Shown piece after piece: positions 1 through 11,300 of a DNA stretch of 64,000 nucleotides (position 1 is the first letter of the stretch; the number at the start of each line of letters is the position of its first letter). Location of the stretch: NCBI RefSeq assembly GCF_963853765.1, contig NC_088858.1, positions 35,526,001 to 35,590,000 on the forward strand, read 5' to 3'. Source of the stretch: Magallana gigas. Taxonomy: Eukaryota. The position numbers and the translations under genes are program-made. The notes under the pieces are model-generated. The model had not been told where the DNA came from. It did not search any database and saw only the letters and a list, made by a program, of their open reading frames with translations.

Positions 1-455
1 AGGCGAGCTTCGGCGCTTTTTGCGATCGAAATGATTTTAAACCTTAATGCACAATTTCAATCTTCCGTCTACCATCACTGAATTTTAAGTGTATGTCTGC
101 TATAGTTTAAAAGGAGTACTGCCGAAAAAATACCTCTCTGAAAATCGACAAAACGACTATATCTCAAAACCTGAAGTGACGTCATCAATAAAAAAAATTT
201 GCAATACGGTTCACATCGTCATCTATTAGATCGACAAGTTTCATAAAAATCAATTGAGTAGTTTTCGAGATCTTGCGTGCACAAAATTTGTAAGAAAAAA
301 AAAAATAATAATATAGAAGAATAGGGAAAAAGTAACAAAGCAATAACAATAAGGTTTTCCGTTGGAAACGGAAGACCTTAATAATAAGAAAAGTGAAAAA
401 GAAACAATAGAATAATAGAAGAGTCATCCGCTGAAGACGGAAGACCCTAATAATT
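1..455 (-). mobile_element. 5' end(s) of Helentron-type non-autonomous element(s) (HINE/DINE-1-like), running off the window start
   Basis: Two short stem-loops: aaggttttccgttggaaacggaagacctt (351-379) and gagtcatccgctgaagacggaagaccc (421-447), each followed by taataa. The same hairpins recur at 2925-3008. Family assignment is from resemblance to known non-autonomous Helentron termini (inference). Confidence 0.55.
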
Positions 456-1719
456 AAAGAATGTTATTGTCAAAAACGAGTGTTTTCAACTTGCACTTCA
501 GTCCAACAACCCCTTTATTTTGAATATCTTAGTTAGAAAGTCCAAAAAAATGGAGGGAAGGAAATAGAGAGAAAGAACAAATCTTTGCTCCGGCGAGATT
601 CGAACACACAGCCTTTGCATGTGTCAGAACAGTATTTCATCGTAGACTGGTCCTCTGTCTCTATCGTACGAAATATATATCGCACATATCAGACAGGCAT
701 TGCCAGTCTATATTTCATCATCGAAGGTTCACGTCAAAACATGGCTGACGCGAAATAATTCCCGATTTTCTCTTTGAATTTGGGGCGTTTCCGCCCGGGA
801 CAGGAGCTGAATTTTTGTATGAGATGAAAAACAACGTGTAAGATGTCTCACTACTCAGGTTTGGTAACAGCGCGAGGTCATTTGAAATATTGATGCGTGT
901 TTGTGTCGGGGGGGGGGGGGGGGGGGGATGAAAAGGACCGAGCTTGATTTTCGTCGTAAATAAATCGAAAGTAGAATTTTGAGGTGTGGATCTCGGATTC
1001 GGTTAACGACAATTAGGGGAAGTCCTAAAACAATGACTGATGCATTTTACACATGTATTTCAGAGTAGAGATTTTTTTGTGTCGTTTACTATTATGTTTG
1101 ACTGTTTTATATCAACAGGATTGATAAAATTCTTATAAATGTAGAAATAACGAAATCAGTAACACGTGAATTTATTCATAAAAAAATTGATGACAGTAAT
1201 TTCCACAGTTCTAACATTCATAAGTAGTTCACACGCTATCGTAGATACAGACTAAACGGAAAACAAGAAATATACATGGAACAGAAATATTACGCGGCTG
1301 CTTATATCCCTTGCACTGTGTAAATTTTAAGTCCCCGTACAGGCTATACTCGCGGCTTGATATCGGAAATTTCTTCTTAATTGTTCAACCCGCTGCAAAT
1401 TTGGCAGAAAAACAGAATGAGGTCCGAGGTACATTTACACAAAATTTCATGAGGATTGAGTGAAGGGCTCGGGAGTTAGAATTTTTTTCTACAGTACATG
1501 TCAAACACGAAAATTAAAACTCAAATGCTAAAAAGTTCATACAATGTAACTCTGTTAATAATGAACGAATTGGTCTGGTAATTAGTGCGGTAATCTAGAA
1601 TGGTACTAAGTTGAAATTAAAGGTCCGAGATCAAAGATCAAGTAAAATCGGGCCAGAAAAACTAAATGATTTTATGAAGGGTGGGGGGGGGGGGGCGGTG
1701 GTCGGTGACTTCTATATTA

Positions 1720-2976
1720 AACGGAAAATACTAAATTCCCAATATCACTAGAGTTTGAGATACATGCTTGACCTTTATTTTGCTATTTACCAGCTAAACA
1801 TGATTTGGAAATAGAATGAAAAATCCTTTGATTTTAAACAGACTCTTTTCTTCAATGTCTATATCCTCTTTTTCTTTTACAAATAAATCATAAATGTATT
1901 GGACTTCTCGCCCTTGTTTTGTTTCTGATATATGTATAAGAGCTTTGATTGAAACATTTAGAGCCCTCTTATCATGTAATTTGAGGGGCTAGCCCCTTTT
2001 TCTTGATATCAATGAAAGGTCCCTTAATATTAAACACATTTTGTTCAACAAGTGTTTAGAAATTTGTTACTGTTTTTGAGATATTAGGGAAAGATTGTTT
2101 TAGGGGCCGACTCTTTATCTCCTTATAAGGACCATTAAACGAAACTTTGATGGTTGAATATTATTACGAATATTATTCTGAGTATATTCTCTTCTATAAT
2201 GCATTTCAAAATATTTCTCCTTTTTAAGAAATAAATGATCAAAATATTGGACTTCTAGCCCCTTTAAAATCCAAATTATGTAACATATCAGAAAACTCTT
2301 AACAAATATAGGTAGATAACTGGAAGATACACATTTTTGCTTCTTTAATACATTACAAAATATTTTTCATTAAAGAGATATAGATAAAAGACTTTAGACC
2401 CCTCTTGGCCCCTGATATTAGGGGTCAGCCCCTTTTGCTTGGTGTCAGTTGAAAGATCTTTTATAGATTAATTTTTGATGCTCTACATGTGTTAGCAAAA
2501 TATTGATTAGAAGAAAGATATTCGTGATCAAATCTCAAATTTCGTAAAAATTGTCAAAAACATTTAACATCAACATTTTCAGTTCCGGGCGAGCTTCAAG
2601 GATGATGACTTCTGGTCAAATCTAAAACAAGCAAGCAAATCTACCATAACCACTCTATCTTGCATATAAATTTCAAGTCCCTAACTATAACAGTTTTAGA
2701 GGAGATGCGTGAACAATATCATGTTCCAAAATACATGAAAAAGGGAGATAATTCAGACGCGGAAGTGAATTTTCAGACAGGAAGTAGGATGCAAAGAGAT
2801 ATTCACCTAAGACATCATCCCTGTAAAAATCATTAAAATCGATTGAGAAATGGCTGAGAAATTAAGGGTGACTACCAAGAAGAAAAATAATAATATAGAA
2901 GAATGAGAACGCGTAGAAAAACAGTAAGGTCTTCCGCTGAAGACGGAAGACCTTAATAAGAAATCGTACGAAAACT

Positions 2977-3012
<36 letters not shown>
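1720..3012 (-). mobile_element. Helentron-type non-autonomous element with degenerate internal tandem repeats
   Basis: Terminal hairpins taaggtcttccgctgaagacggaagacctta (2925-2955) and taaggtcttccgttggaaacggaagacctta (2978-3008). Recurrent internal motifs ggacttct..gccc (1901, 2249) and gggg(ct/tc)agcccc (1985, 2420). The left boundary is approximate. Confidence 0.55.
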
Positions 3013-3213
3013 GGAAATAAATAATATAATTATTAATAAAGAAGTTAAACTATTTTTAGAGGTTGTTTAAATTTATTTGTCAAGTAATTTGATGAAGTGA
3101 CCCTATTGGGCATTAATTTAAATGAAATTCAAAATTACTGATATGATTGTAGTGTTTTGGCAATTTTAAAATTGTTTGTAATATTAAATTTTCTTTTTTA
3201 CATATTTTTACAT

Positions 3214-6013
3214 AGTCATCCAAAGTCAGTTAAAGTGCCCCAAAAATTTTCAAAAAACGGCTCAATACAGATATCGCAGAAAATGTATAAATTTGGAAAG
3301 AGCAATATCTGAATGACCAGAAAACACATATAAGAGCTCTGGAAAATTAGATGTTATATTTTTCAGACATATTCAACAAATCCAGTGTAATTTTAGAAGT
3401 GAATTACGTAACTTCATGTAATACTATACAAAATGTAAAATAAATTTTTATTGTAGCATTCAAAATAGTGTTTCAAGTAATAATACTTGATGCAGATAGA
3501 GTAACTATCCGATTAAAAACCATAGTTCAATGGAAAATTGACTATCAATTCTAAAATAGTCCATTTTACACATAGTATCTGTAAGGTAAAAAGAAAAAAA
3601 TGTCGTCTTTTAAAAAAACTATTTTATTTATTCTTTTTTTAAACTTACTTATTAAATTCAATAAAGAATTATGCATCTGCTTTCATTTGTATACCTTTTA
3701 CGAAGAGATTCTTAAGTTTTTGTAATGTTGAAACTCGGAGGAAATACTTTTTTGAGACATAGTTAAATGGTCTTCTTTGTAACGTAATTCACATTAATTC
3801 CTTAAATTACAAATCAATATGACTTTTTATGATTAAACAACAGTATTTTCTCAAATGAAAGTATGGGAAATAAAAAAATATATATTGCAATACTTATGCA
3901 AATGATAACATATATCTCTAATGTGTTATGATTGTTTCAAATCAGACTATGTCACATTTCACATATCTTGTTAAACATCAGGGGAATTCAAATGCTATAT
4001 GTTCTTAAAGAACATAATTACTACTTACTACAAATAATGAAAGCAACATTTTCTTGTGTCCATATAAATTTGATTGGAATGGGCAATAAATTATATTCCA
4101 AAATTAGTCTGTAGAATAAAACAAGCAACGTAACGTAATTCACAAACGAGGTTGTAAGAGTCAATATGTTACAAATAAACATTAAGAAGTAAATTAAGTT
4201 ATCTTATTGAAGAGATTTTAACAGTTTATCACACAAACTTTGAACTTTTCCTCATATATTTCAGAAAATTTAAACATATTCATAGTCTCTTCCTGCTAAA
4301 TACTGGATCGTTCAACGAGAATAGGATATCACTATTTCTCTGTACTAGGAATCCAAGTTTTGTCTGTCTGTTTGGGCCATCTAAAAGACTTTTCCCCACC
4401 TATCAAAAAATGTGATATGATATCCCTGGTCTTATTTGATAATTTTTTGAACATACAGTGTACTATAAACCTTCATACATGGTGGCAACATGCGCGCATC
4501 TACTTGATCTACTTGATACTTTCATTCACCTATTATCACTAACAATATATTTGTTCCAGTGCTTGCTTTCTGTAAAACTATTGGTAGGGGTGTCACTCTC
4601 ACTGCCTTGACAAGGAACAGAGCTCATACAACAAGTTACACACTCTTTGCAAGCCACATGGTACCAAATTGACGTTTTTGAAACATGCGTCCCCGTAAAA
4701 TGATCTGCACGGCTATTACAACTCACAACCCCCCCTCCCCCCACCACATGTGAAATAACAGCATAATAACCTCTTTTTTGCGATAGTTTTCTCTAACCTT
4801 TGGTCTTTTTTGTTCCCAGGATTTCTTTTAAAGCTTTGCATATTTCATTCTAGTAATTATATAAAATTAAAACAGTAGTTATGTATGTTCGTGAATTACG
4901 TTACACTGTTGTAAATTACGTTACACTCTAATACAGACTTATTCCTGATTTAAACACCCAGCGAACCAATGTTTTATATTTATGATATCAAAGTTTAACC
5001 TTTATTCTTCATTCTCAATATAAAATTCCAATAACATCATTAAAAATCAAAAAGTTTTCCTCAGTCACAAATAAGCATAATCACACTTCTGGCGATTGTG
5101 TACACTACTGCAGTAGTCAAAATGGTTCCCGCATGTAAACTTTCTTTCTACAAGTGCGTGTATGTTAAGCGGTGTCAGTGAAAAAAGATTCATGGTGATT
5201 TTGGCCCCAGTTAGGATTATTTTACAATATCAAGTAAATTGATCATAACGTAATTCACTGTAACGTAGTTCACAGTCTTGGCTTTTAATTAGAATATGAA
5301 ATAAAACTGCGGCAGTTAGAAGCATTGTGTATGTGGTGATTATGATAGGCAGCGGTGTGTTCATCAGTCAGGATAGTTGAAGTTTGTAGCATTCAGGCAC
5401 TGTGTGCAAGGTTGCGTAACGTAATTCACAATTTAATGTAAAAATGGAAAGTTTTCAAAATTAGTGATTCTTTTTTTTAAAAATGGTATCTTTTGTTAGT
5501 GAATCATAATTTTTTTTCCATATATCTTTGTAACATTGTGATCAGTTTTATCAATTTAACCTCACGGTAAATGCCTATTACAATTTCATCATTGATGCAA
5601 GAAAATCGTAACGTTATTCACAGCATTAAATGGGACACTCAAATTTTGGATTGTAATTTTTTTCTTAGGCCAATAGTGAGAAAATTTTAGACAAAAAATG
5701 TAAAGTCTATCCCTTGATCATTATAATATACATCACTTTGCTTCCTATATTGGTGTTTTTAGATTATTTTTTGTAACTAAACACGACCACTCTCGTTTGT
5801 GACATCCGGTTTTGATCAAATTTGGCTCATAAATTCTTTATTTTAGTACAGTAAATGGGATTAATACATCGTAATATCTTAATTCATAAGTCAGGCATAC
5901 CTAGATATTAGATTTTATCCCCTTAACAACTAAAGATGGAGAATTTTGTTTTCAAAAATAGCTTGTGACAACGAAAACTGGTTTTGGGGCACTTTAACTG
6001 ACTTTGGATGACT
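3214..6013. mobile_element. 2.8-kb non-autonomous DNA transposon with 32-bp perfect terminal inverted repeats
   Basis: agtcatccaaagtcagttaaagtgccccaaaa (3214-3245) is the exact reverse complement of 5982-6013. No transposase ORF is visible inside. Superfamily not determined. Confidence 0.75.
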
Positions 6014-6489
6014 GGTAATTATGGTAATGTTTTGGGAGTTTATTAAATTTAACAAGCTCATCAAAGAAAATCATAGTCCTGTGGGATCAATTTTCTGATA
6101 TGGAGTTCAATTGTGCCATAGGAGAAAGTGAGGAAAATTTGAAACAACTAATTGCATCTGTCAAGACTCTTATTAGAAAGATATTGAAAGTTTTATCAAC
6201 AGAAGAGCATTGCTTGGCTACCGGTATTTCTATTCACTGCAAAGGGAGGGGTTATTGTCATTTTGTTGGTTTTTCTTTAAATCAATTAAATTAAAAAAAT
6301 ATATCATCAAATACATACATTTGTAAATGTATTACTGTTATAGATATGTATTTACAGTGAAATTCTGACAATTTTGATTTTAATTTTTCTTTGTTAACTT
6401 TTTTTTTTTTTTTACAATTCTAGAATTTTTTTTTGTATGTGTTCCAAACCTTAATTATTATTCAATTCAATTATTTGTCCCATTTGAAA

Positions 6490-6535
6490 TTAGCCTAGCG
6501 GGGGTATTAGTCCCATTAGGACAGTTCTAGTTTTA
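6490..6535 (+). repeat. Isolated Helentron-type 3' terminus
   Basis: gcgggggtatt + short stem-loop (gtcccattaggac) + ctagtt, the same layout as the 3' end at 63009-63043. Confidence 0.4.
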
Positions 6536-7734
6536 TTTTATATTCATTCATTTTCTGATTTACCGCGGTAAGTATCGATATTTGCCTCAAAGAATTAAAC
6601 TTATTAACAATTTCATGTGTACGAATCCTAAATTGTGCAATGCTTCTGTTTGAACAATTGAAATTAAAGACGATGGGGGAATAAGATGGCGCAAATGCCC
6701 ATATGGTTTAGTAGTGAAATAAAATTTTGCATTCATTTTTTCCCAATTAAATCTATTAAAATATATTATAATACAATTTTGCAAAAGCACAATTTTTAAC
6801 TATATTCAGTTTTTATTAATACATTTAATAAAAGATAAAAAAATTTTTGGTGGTATCGAATCCATAACATAAAAACCTTATTTTTTTTATATATAAGGTA
6901 AGCTTATGTCCAGTACCCTAACCACTGAACCATTTCGGACACAACAAAGTATGCTGTTCAAACGTTATTGGCGACTATGACCACGAATTTACGGACTTGT
7001 ATTATTTTTTCAAAACTTTCAACTGTTGGGATACAAAATTATATTTTTAATGTATAGTGGGTCATCTCTCCACATGTTTGTTGATTGAAATCCGTTTGTT
7101 TTCCAATAGACCTTTAATATTTAGACTGAGAAAAATATGGAACACAGACCCACTCTATAAAAGAAAATGCCTTGGAGTTCTAAAAAATGACAGTATTTGC
7201 AGGTATTGATATATATACGCCTGTTTGAGTCAACATATTCCAAGTATTGAACCTATTTATAGGCTAAAAATCAATGATATGTTAGATATATATTGTTTTA
7301 AATAATTTTTGTTAATAAAAATCAGATTTATTTATATTTTAATTTTTTCAGTAGCTTGTTCGACCATGTATGGGCATTTTACACGCCTTATCCACCCATC
7401 TTCTTTAAATTGATGAAGGCAATTAGTTTTTTAAAATCTTATTTGATACTCTGTATCAATGTATGTTTTTTAAAAGTGGCTGAAAAAACATGTACATATA
7501 TATTTTGAACAAAATCATTCAATGAGCAAAAAAAAAAATTATTTGAGAAATGCATGGTTTATTTAAGCATTGAATGCATATTTTTGCATGTTGCCGGTCC
7601 TGTAACACCAAGCGGTGCAGACAAATTGAATACTGCATGTTAGTTCCAAACGTAGAATTCACATCATTTCTACATAAAAGCAGCTAACTTTCCTTTAAAA
7701 TTAAGGCATTCAGTATAATAAAATAAATAAATAG

Positions 7735-7855
7735 TGCCTGTTTGAAAGCGGAACTGTGGAATTTGACACCCTTCAAAAACCATTGTTAGCCTCTGCTTTG
7801 CGCTGTTTGACAATGGTTTTTTCTGGGTGTCAATTTCAACTGTTGCCCTTCCAAT
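7735..7855. repeat. Palindromic (fold-back) repeat fragment
   Basis: Arms gaatttgacaccc...aaaaccattgt and acaatggtttt...gggtgtcaatttc are imperfect reverse complements around a short spacer. Confidence 0.55.
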
Positions 7856-8051
7856 ATTGGGAATTTTATGAAAATTAGTTTAAAGGATAAAGTGGCCAAT
7901 GATTCTATCAGTAAATACAATATCTTATTAGAAATTGCACTGTAATGAACATATAATTTTGTGGATCAACTCCACGAAATGCCTATAAATTGGTATTCAA
8001 TAATGAAACCACAGTATTAAGTCTTTCAAATTCCTTGGGTATTGTTTAGCT

Positions 8052-8191
8052 CATCATCGCTAGCCAAGCGTTTCTTGATCCGCACCGCTTCTCACATCTT
8101 TGCTTGCCAAGGGTTTCTATCTTTCTGATTTGCACTGCTTCTCGCAGAAGGAGAAGCAGTGTGGATCAGAAACCCTCGACTAGGGAAGATG
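8052..8191. mobile_element. Short fold-back MITE (CATC...GATG ends) with partial duplication of the left arm
   Basis: Same family as 17279-17368. Flanks tgtttagct (8043-8051) and tgtttaact (8192-8200) form a 9-bp TSD with one mismatch. Confidence 0.6.
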
Positions 8192-8360
8192 TGTTTAACT
8201 GTACATTGCATTGGTTGATATCAATATAAAAGTATAGTACCATTTATATAAACAATGCACTGATATGGAATATATAACAAAAGGTACATGTAATATGTTT
8301 AGATGATTTATGTATAAATGCATTGCATGTGAACATAAAAGACGGCTGGTATATGTACGT

Positions 8361-11300
8361 CTAGTAACCAAACTTCTTATTCAAATGGGTCTTCCCATCT
8401 CCTGACTGGTCTACAACAATTAAAAAAGTGAATGTTACGTAAATGTACCAATAATTGTTATATTTAATTACCAAAACATTAAAAGCATGATACATGTACA
8501 GTCATTTTAAAAACAAAGGTTAACTGAAATGTTCCTGTTAAAAAAAAAGGCACATCATGTTTCCAGTATTTCATAATTTAACAAAAAAAACCCAATAATT
8601 ATTAGGTAGTTGTAGATTAAACTTAATGTACATGTAAGAAGACTTGGGAAACCATTTGAATTTTTGATGGATAGAGAGTGGATGAAAGATCTTACTGCCT
8701 GGAGGGACCCACACAGCATAGTCTGGATCTTCTGATTGGTAATTTGGTCCTAGTTTTATCTCTGACTTCTTGACCTGTAATGAAAATTTTAAGATATTGA
8801 AATCAAGCACTTATATTACATGATAAGAATTATCGGTACATGTACTTATAACAAATTGTAATGTGAACCAGGACTGTGTTTTTCTATTTTTAAAAGAAGC
8901 ATATCTGAGGTAAAGCATTCTGAAAGATGGTTGACACTTCACAATAAAGAAGCGAGAAAACTTGGCATGTTTTCATGAAAAATATAAAAGCAAATCAAAG
9001 GCAATAGTAAATCTATGCATGTACATGCATACCTTTGGACGTTGATTTTTCTTCTTCTGTTTTTGTGAACTATCATTTTCCCCAGTAGAACCTTCCTGTA
9101 AGTTACTTCCTCTTAACTCTTTTCCCCTTAGAGGTTTCTATCCTTTAACCCTTAATGACGCGTTTTGACGACCCTGGCCATATCCTTAATGACGACTTTT
9201 GACGCACCCTATATACAGCTCTTAATTAGACCCCTCAACACCTGTTGTTTATTATAAACAATACTGGTATACACCTGGCCATGTATACGGATGGTTGTTC
9301 ACTCATTCTAAATAAAGATATCACGTGATTTACCTGTGTATGGTGGCGTGATGCATTACTACAATAAACAAAGATGGCGGACTACGATGCGGACATCGCA
9401 CATGTTTTCACTTTTTGTTTATAATCAAGTTTAGGGGCAGAATTTTCTAGATTTATTGGTAGTGAGATTGAATGATGAAAGCCAGATGTCAAATTCATGC
9501 AAAATTTTGTGGAAAAATCTGTGTAGTTACAGAAAACGGAACACAAGGTGTGCATTACCTGCAACCCCTAAATACACGAATATACCGGTAAATTTGTATT
9601 TTTTCAAAAAGTCAACACACTTATTTTGTTAACATGCTAGATTTATCAAATTCTCTTACACCATTTATTGAAAAAAATTCGTAAATATAAGTCTGAAAAC
9701 GATAGACTTAAATTGAAAAGTCAGCCACAGGTACATTTAATTATTCACTATCAAAAAACGAATTCCATGATGATAATGGAATCTTTGTATAAAAATTATT
9801 AAATAATTATTTGTAATACATACAGTTTTAAATATGTTTATCAAGTATCTGTTGTGAAATTATTCTTAATAAAGCTTTAATGTAGAACACTCAGTTTTAT
9901 TTTCATATACCTGTCAGCACCTGTATTGCTTTATTAGTGACTTAAATAATTTTTTTTTCAATGAATATTAAAACTTTAATTTATTACAAATCCATTGATA
10001 TATAATTTTCTATGTGTTTGATTTGCTAAGACCTGTAATAAGTCTATTCAAAAACACACACCAGCTGTTTTCACTTCATCTGAAAACAGTCTAAGGGTAG
10101 CCCAGGGTAGTGTGTTAAGGATATGGCCTATGCGTCAAAAGGTGGCATTAAGGGGTAAAGAGTTAACTCAGGAGGAAATGCAGGGCCTTTCACCACAGGA
10201 ACATTTTTGTCCACTGATTTAGAAGTCTGTTTTACACTATTGTCTTTCTCAGTCACATGTTCACCCTGAGGAGACACTAAAGCAGTGTTCTTAACACTAT
10301 TAGTCTCATTTTGTTCCTCTGACACAGTCTTGTTCTCAGACACAGTATTCTCCCCTGGAGCACCTGTTGAGGAGGAGCGACTTATTTCTGAGATCTCCAT
10401 TGGTGTGTCCTCATCTTCCTCCTCCTCCACTATGTTGCCTTCACTCTCAGGTGGTTTTTGAGAAGGAGACTAGAAAACACACACACACAGTGGTACATGT
10501 ATGTACATGTAAATTACGGACAAATACATAATGGAACATATTTCTAAACCAAAAAAAATAATCTATTTTATGATCTATCTACAGTTTGTATTCCATGGTT
10601 GTATGTACATGTAAGTCACTCACTTTACATTTATGAATGCTCACTTGTACTTGCCAGTACATCTATTTTAAATAAACATTGTACTTTGGCATTTATGAAG
10701 ATAAATGAAGAAAAGATTAATACAAACAAATAATACAATTATTACCGTAGGCTTTGTATTTCCAACTGGTTTTCTAAGTCTACTAAATGTAAGTGAAGCT
10801 TTGTCCGTCTTGGCTTTCTCTGTAGAACTAGAAAAAATAAATATTCCAAAATTAATCCTGACCACTCAAATCTTAAGTTCATACACTGTACATCAACTTA
10901 TGATTCAACCGTAATTTTTCTGACTTACATGTATTACATTTACATGAACAATAAAGTTGGCAAATCAAGTAGATGTATGAAATTTTGAACCTTTTGAGGT
11001 CTGGTAAGGCTGCTGGCTTGGCCACATTGACCATTCTCTGGAGTTTCTGTTCCTCCTTTTTCAGTTCCAAAAGCTGTCTCTTCAGCTTCATCTTTGTTTT
11101 GGTGTCCATGACTCCTGACTTAATGGCCGACATGTAGGCGTCCAGGGCATCCATTCCATCCTCCTGCATGGCTTCTGTCTCTGTTCAAAGCAATAATAAA
11201 TAATACTAGATTGATTTCTGGTACTCTCTGTTTTAATGTCATACATGTATATCAAATATCATATATATTTTTTTTATCATTTTCAAAAAAATATATTTCT

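Noticed and set aside
908-928. Long G runs as functional G-quadruplex elements (also ~1681-1695, 20757-20769, 34418-34428, 62617-62631)
   Set aside because: Simple homopolymers inside repeats, with no supporting context and error-prone length.
4526-4747. Cys/His-rich ORF (WYHVAC) as a PHD finger or transposase remnant
   Set aside because: Cys spacing does not fit a PHD finger and no DDE-type sequence was found nearby.
10128-10430. 100-aa ORF as the natural last exon of kanadaptin
   Set aside because: Its stop lies inside the TTAA-flanked element, and the conserved C-terminal exons are further downstream (9116-8361).
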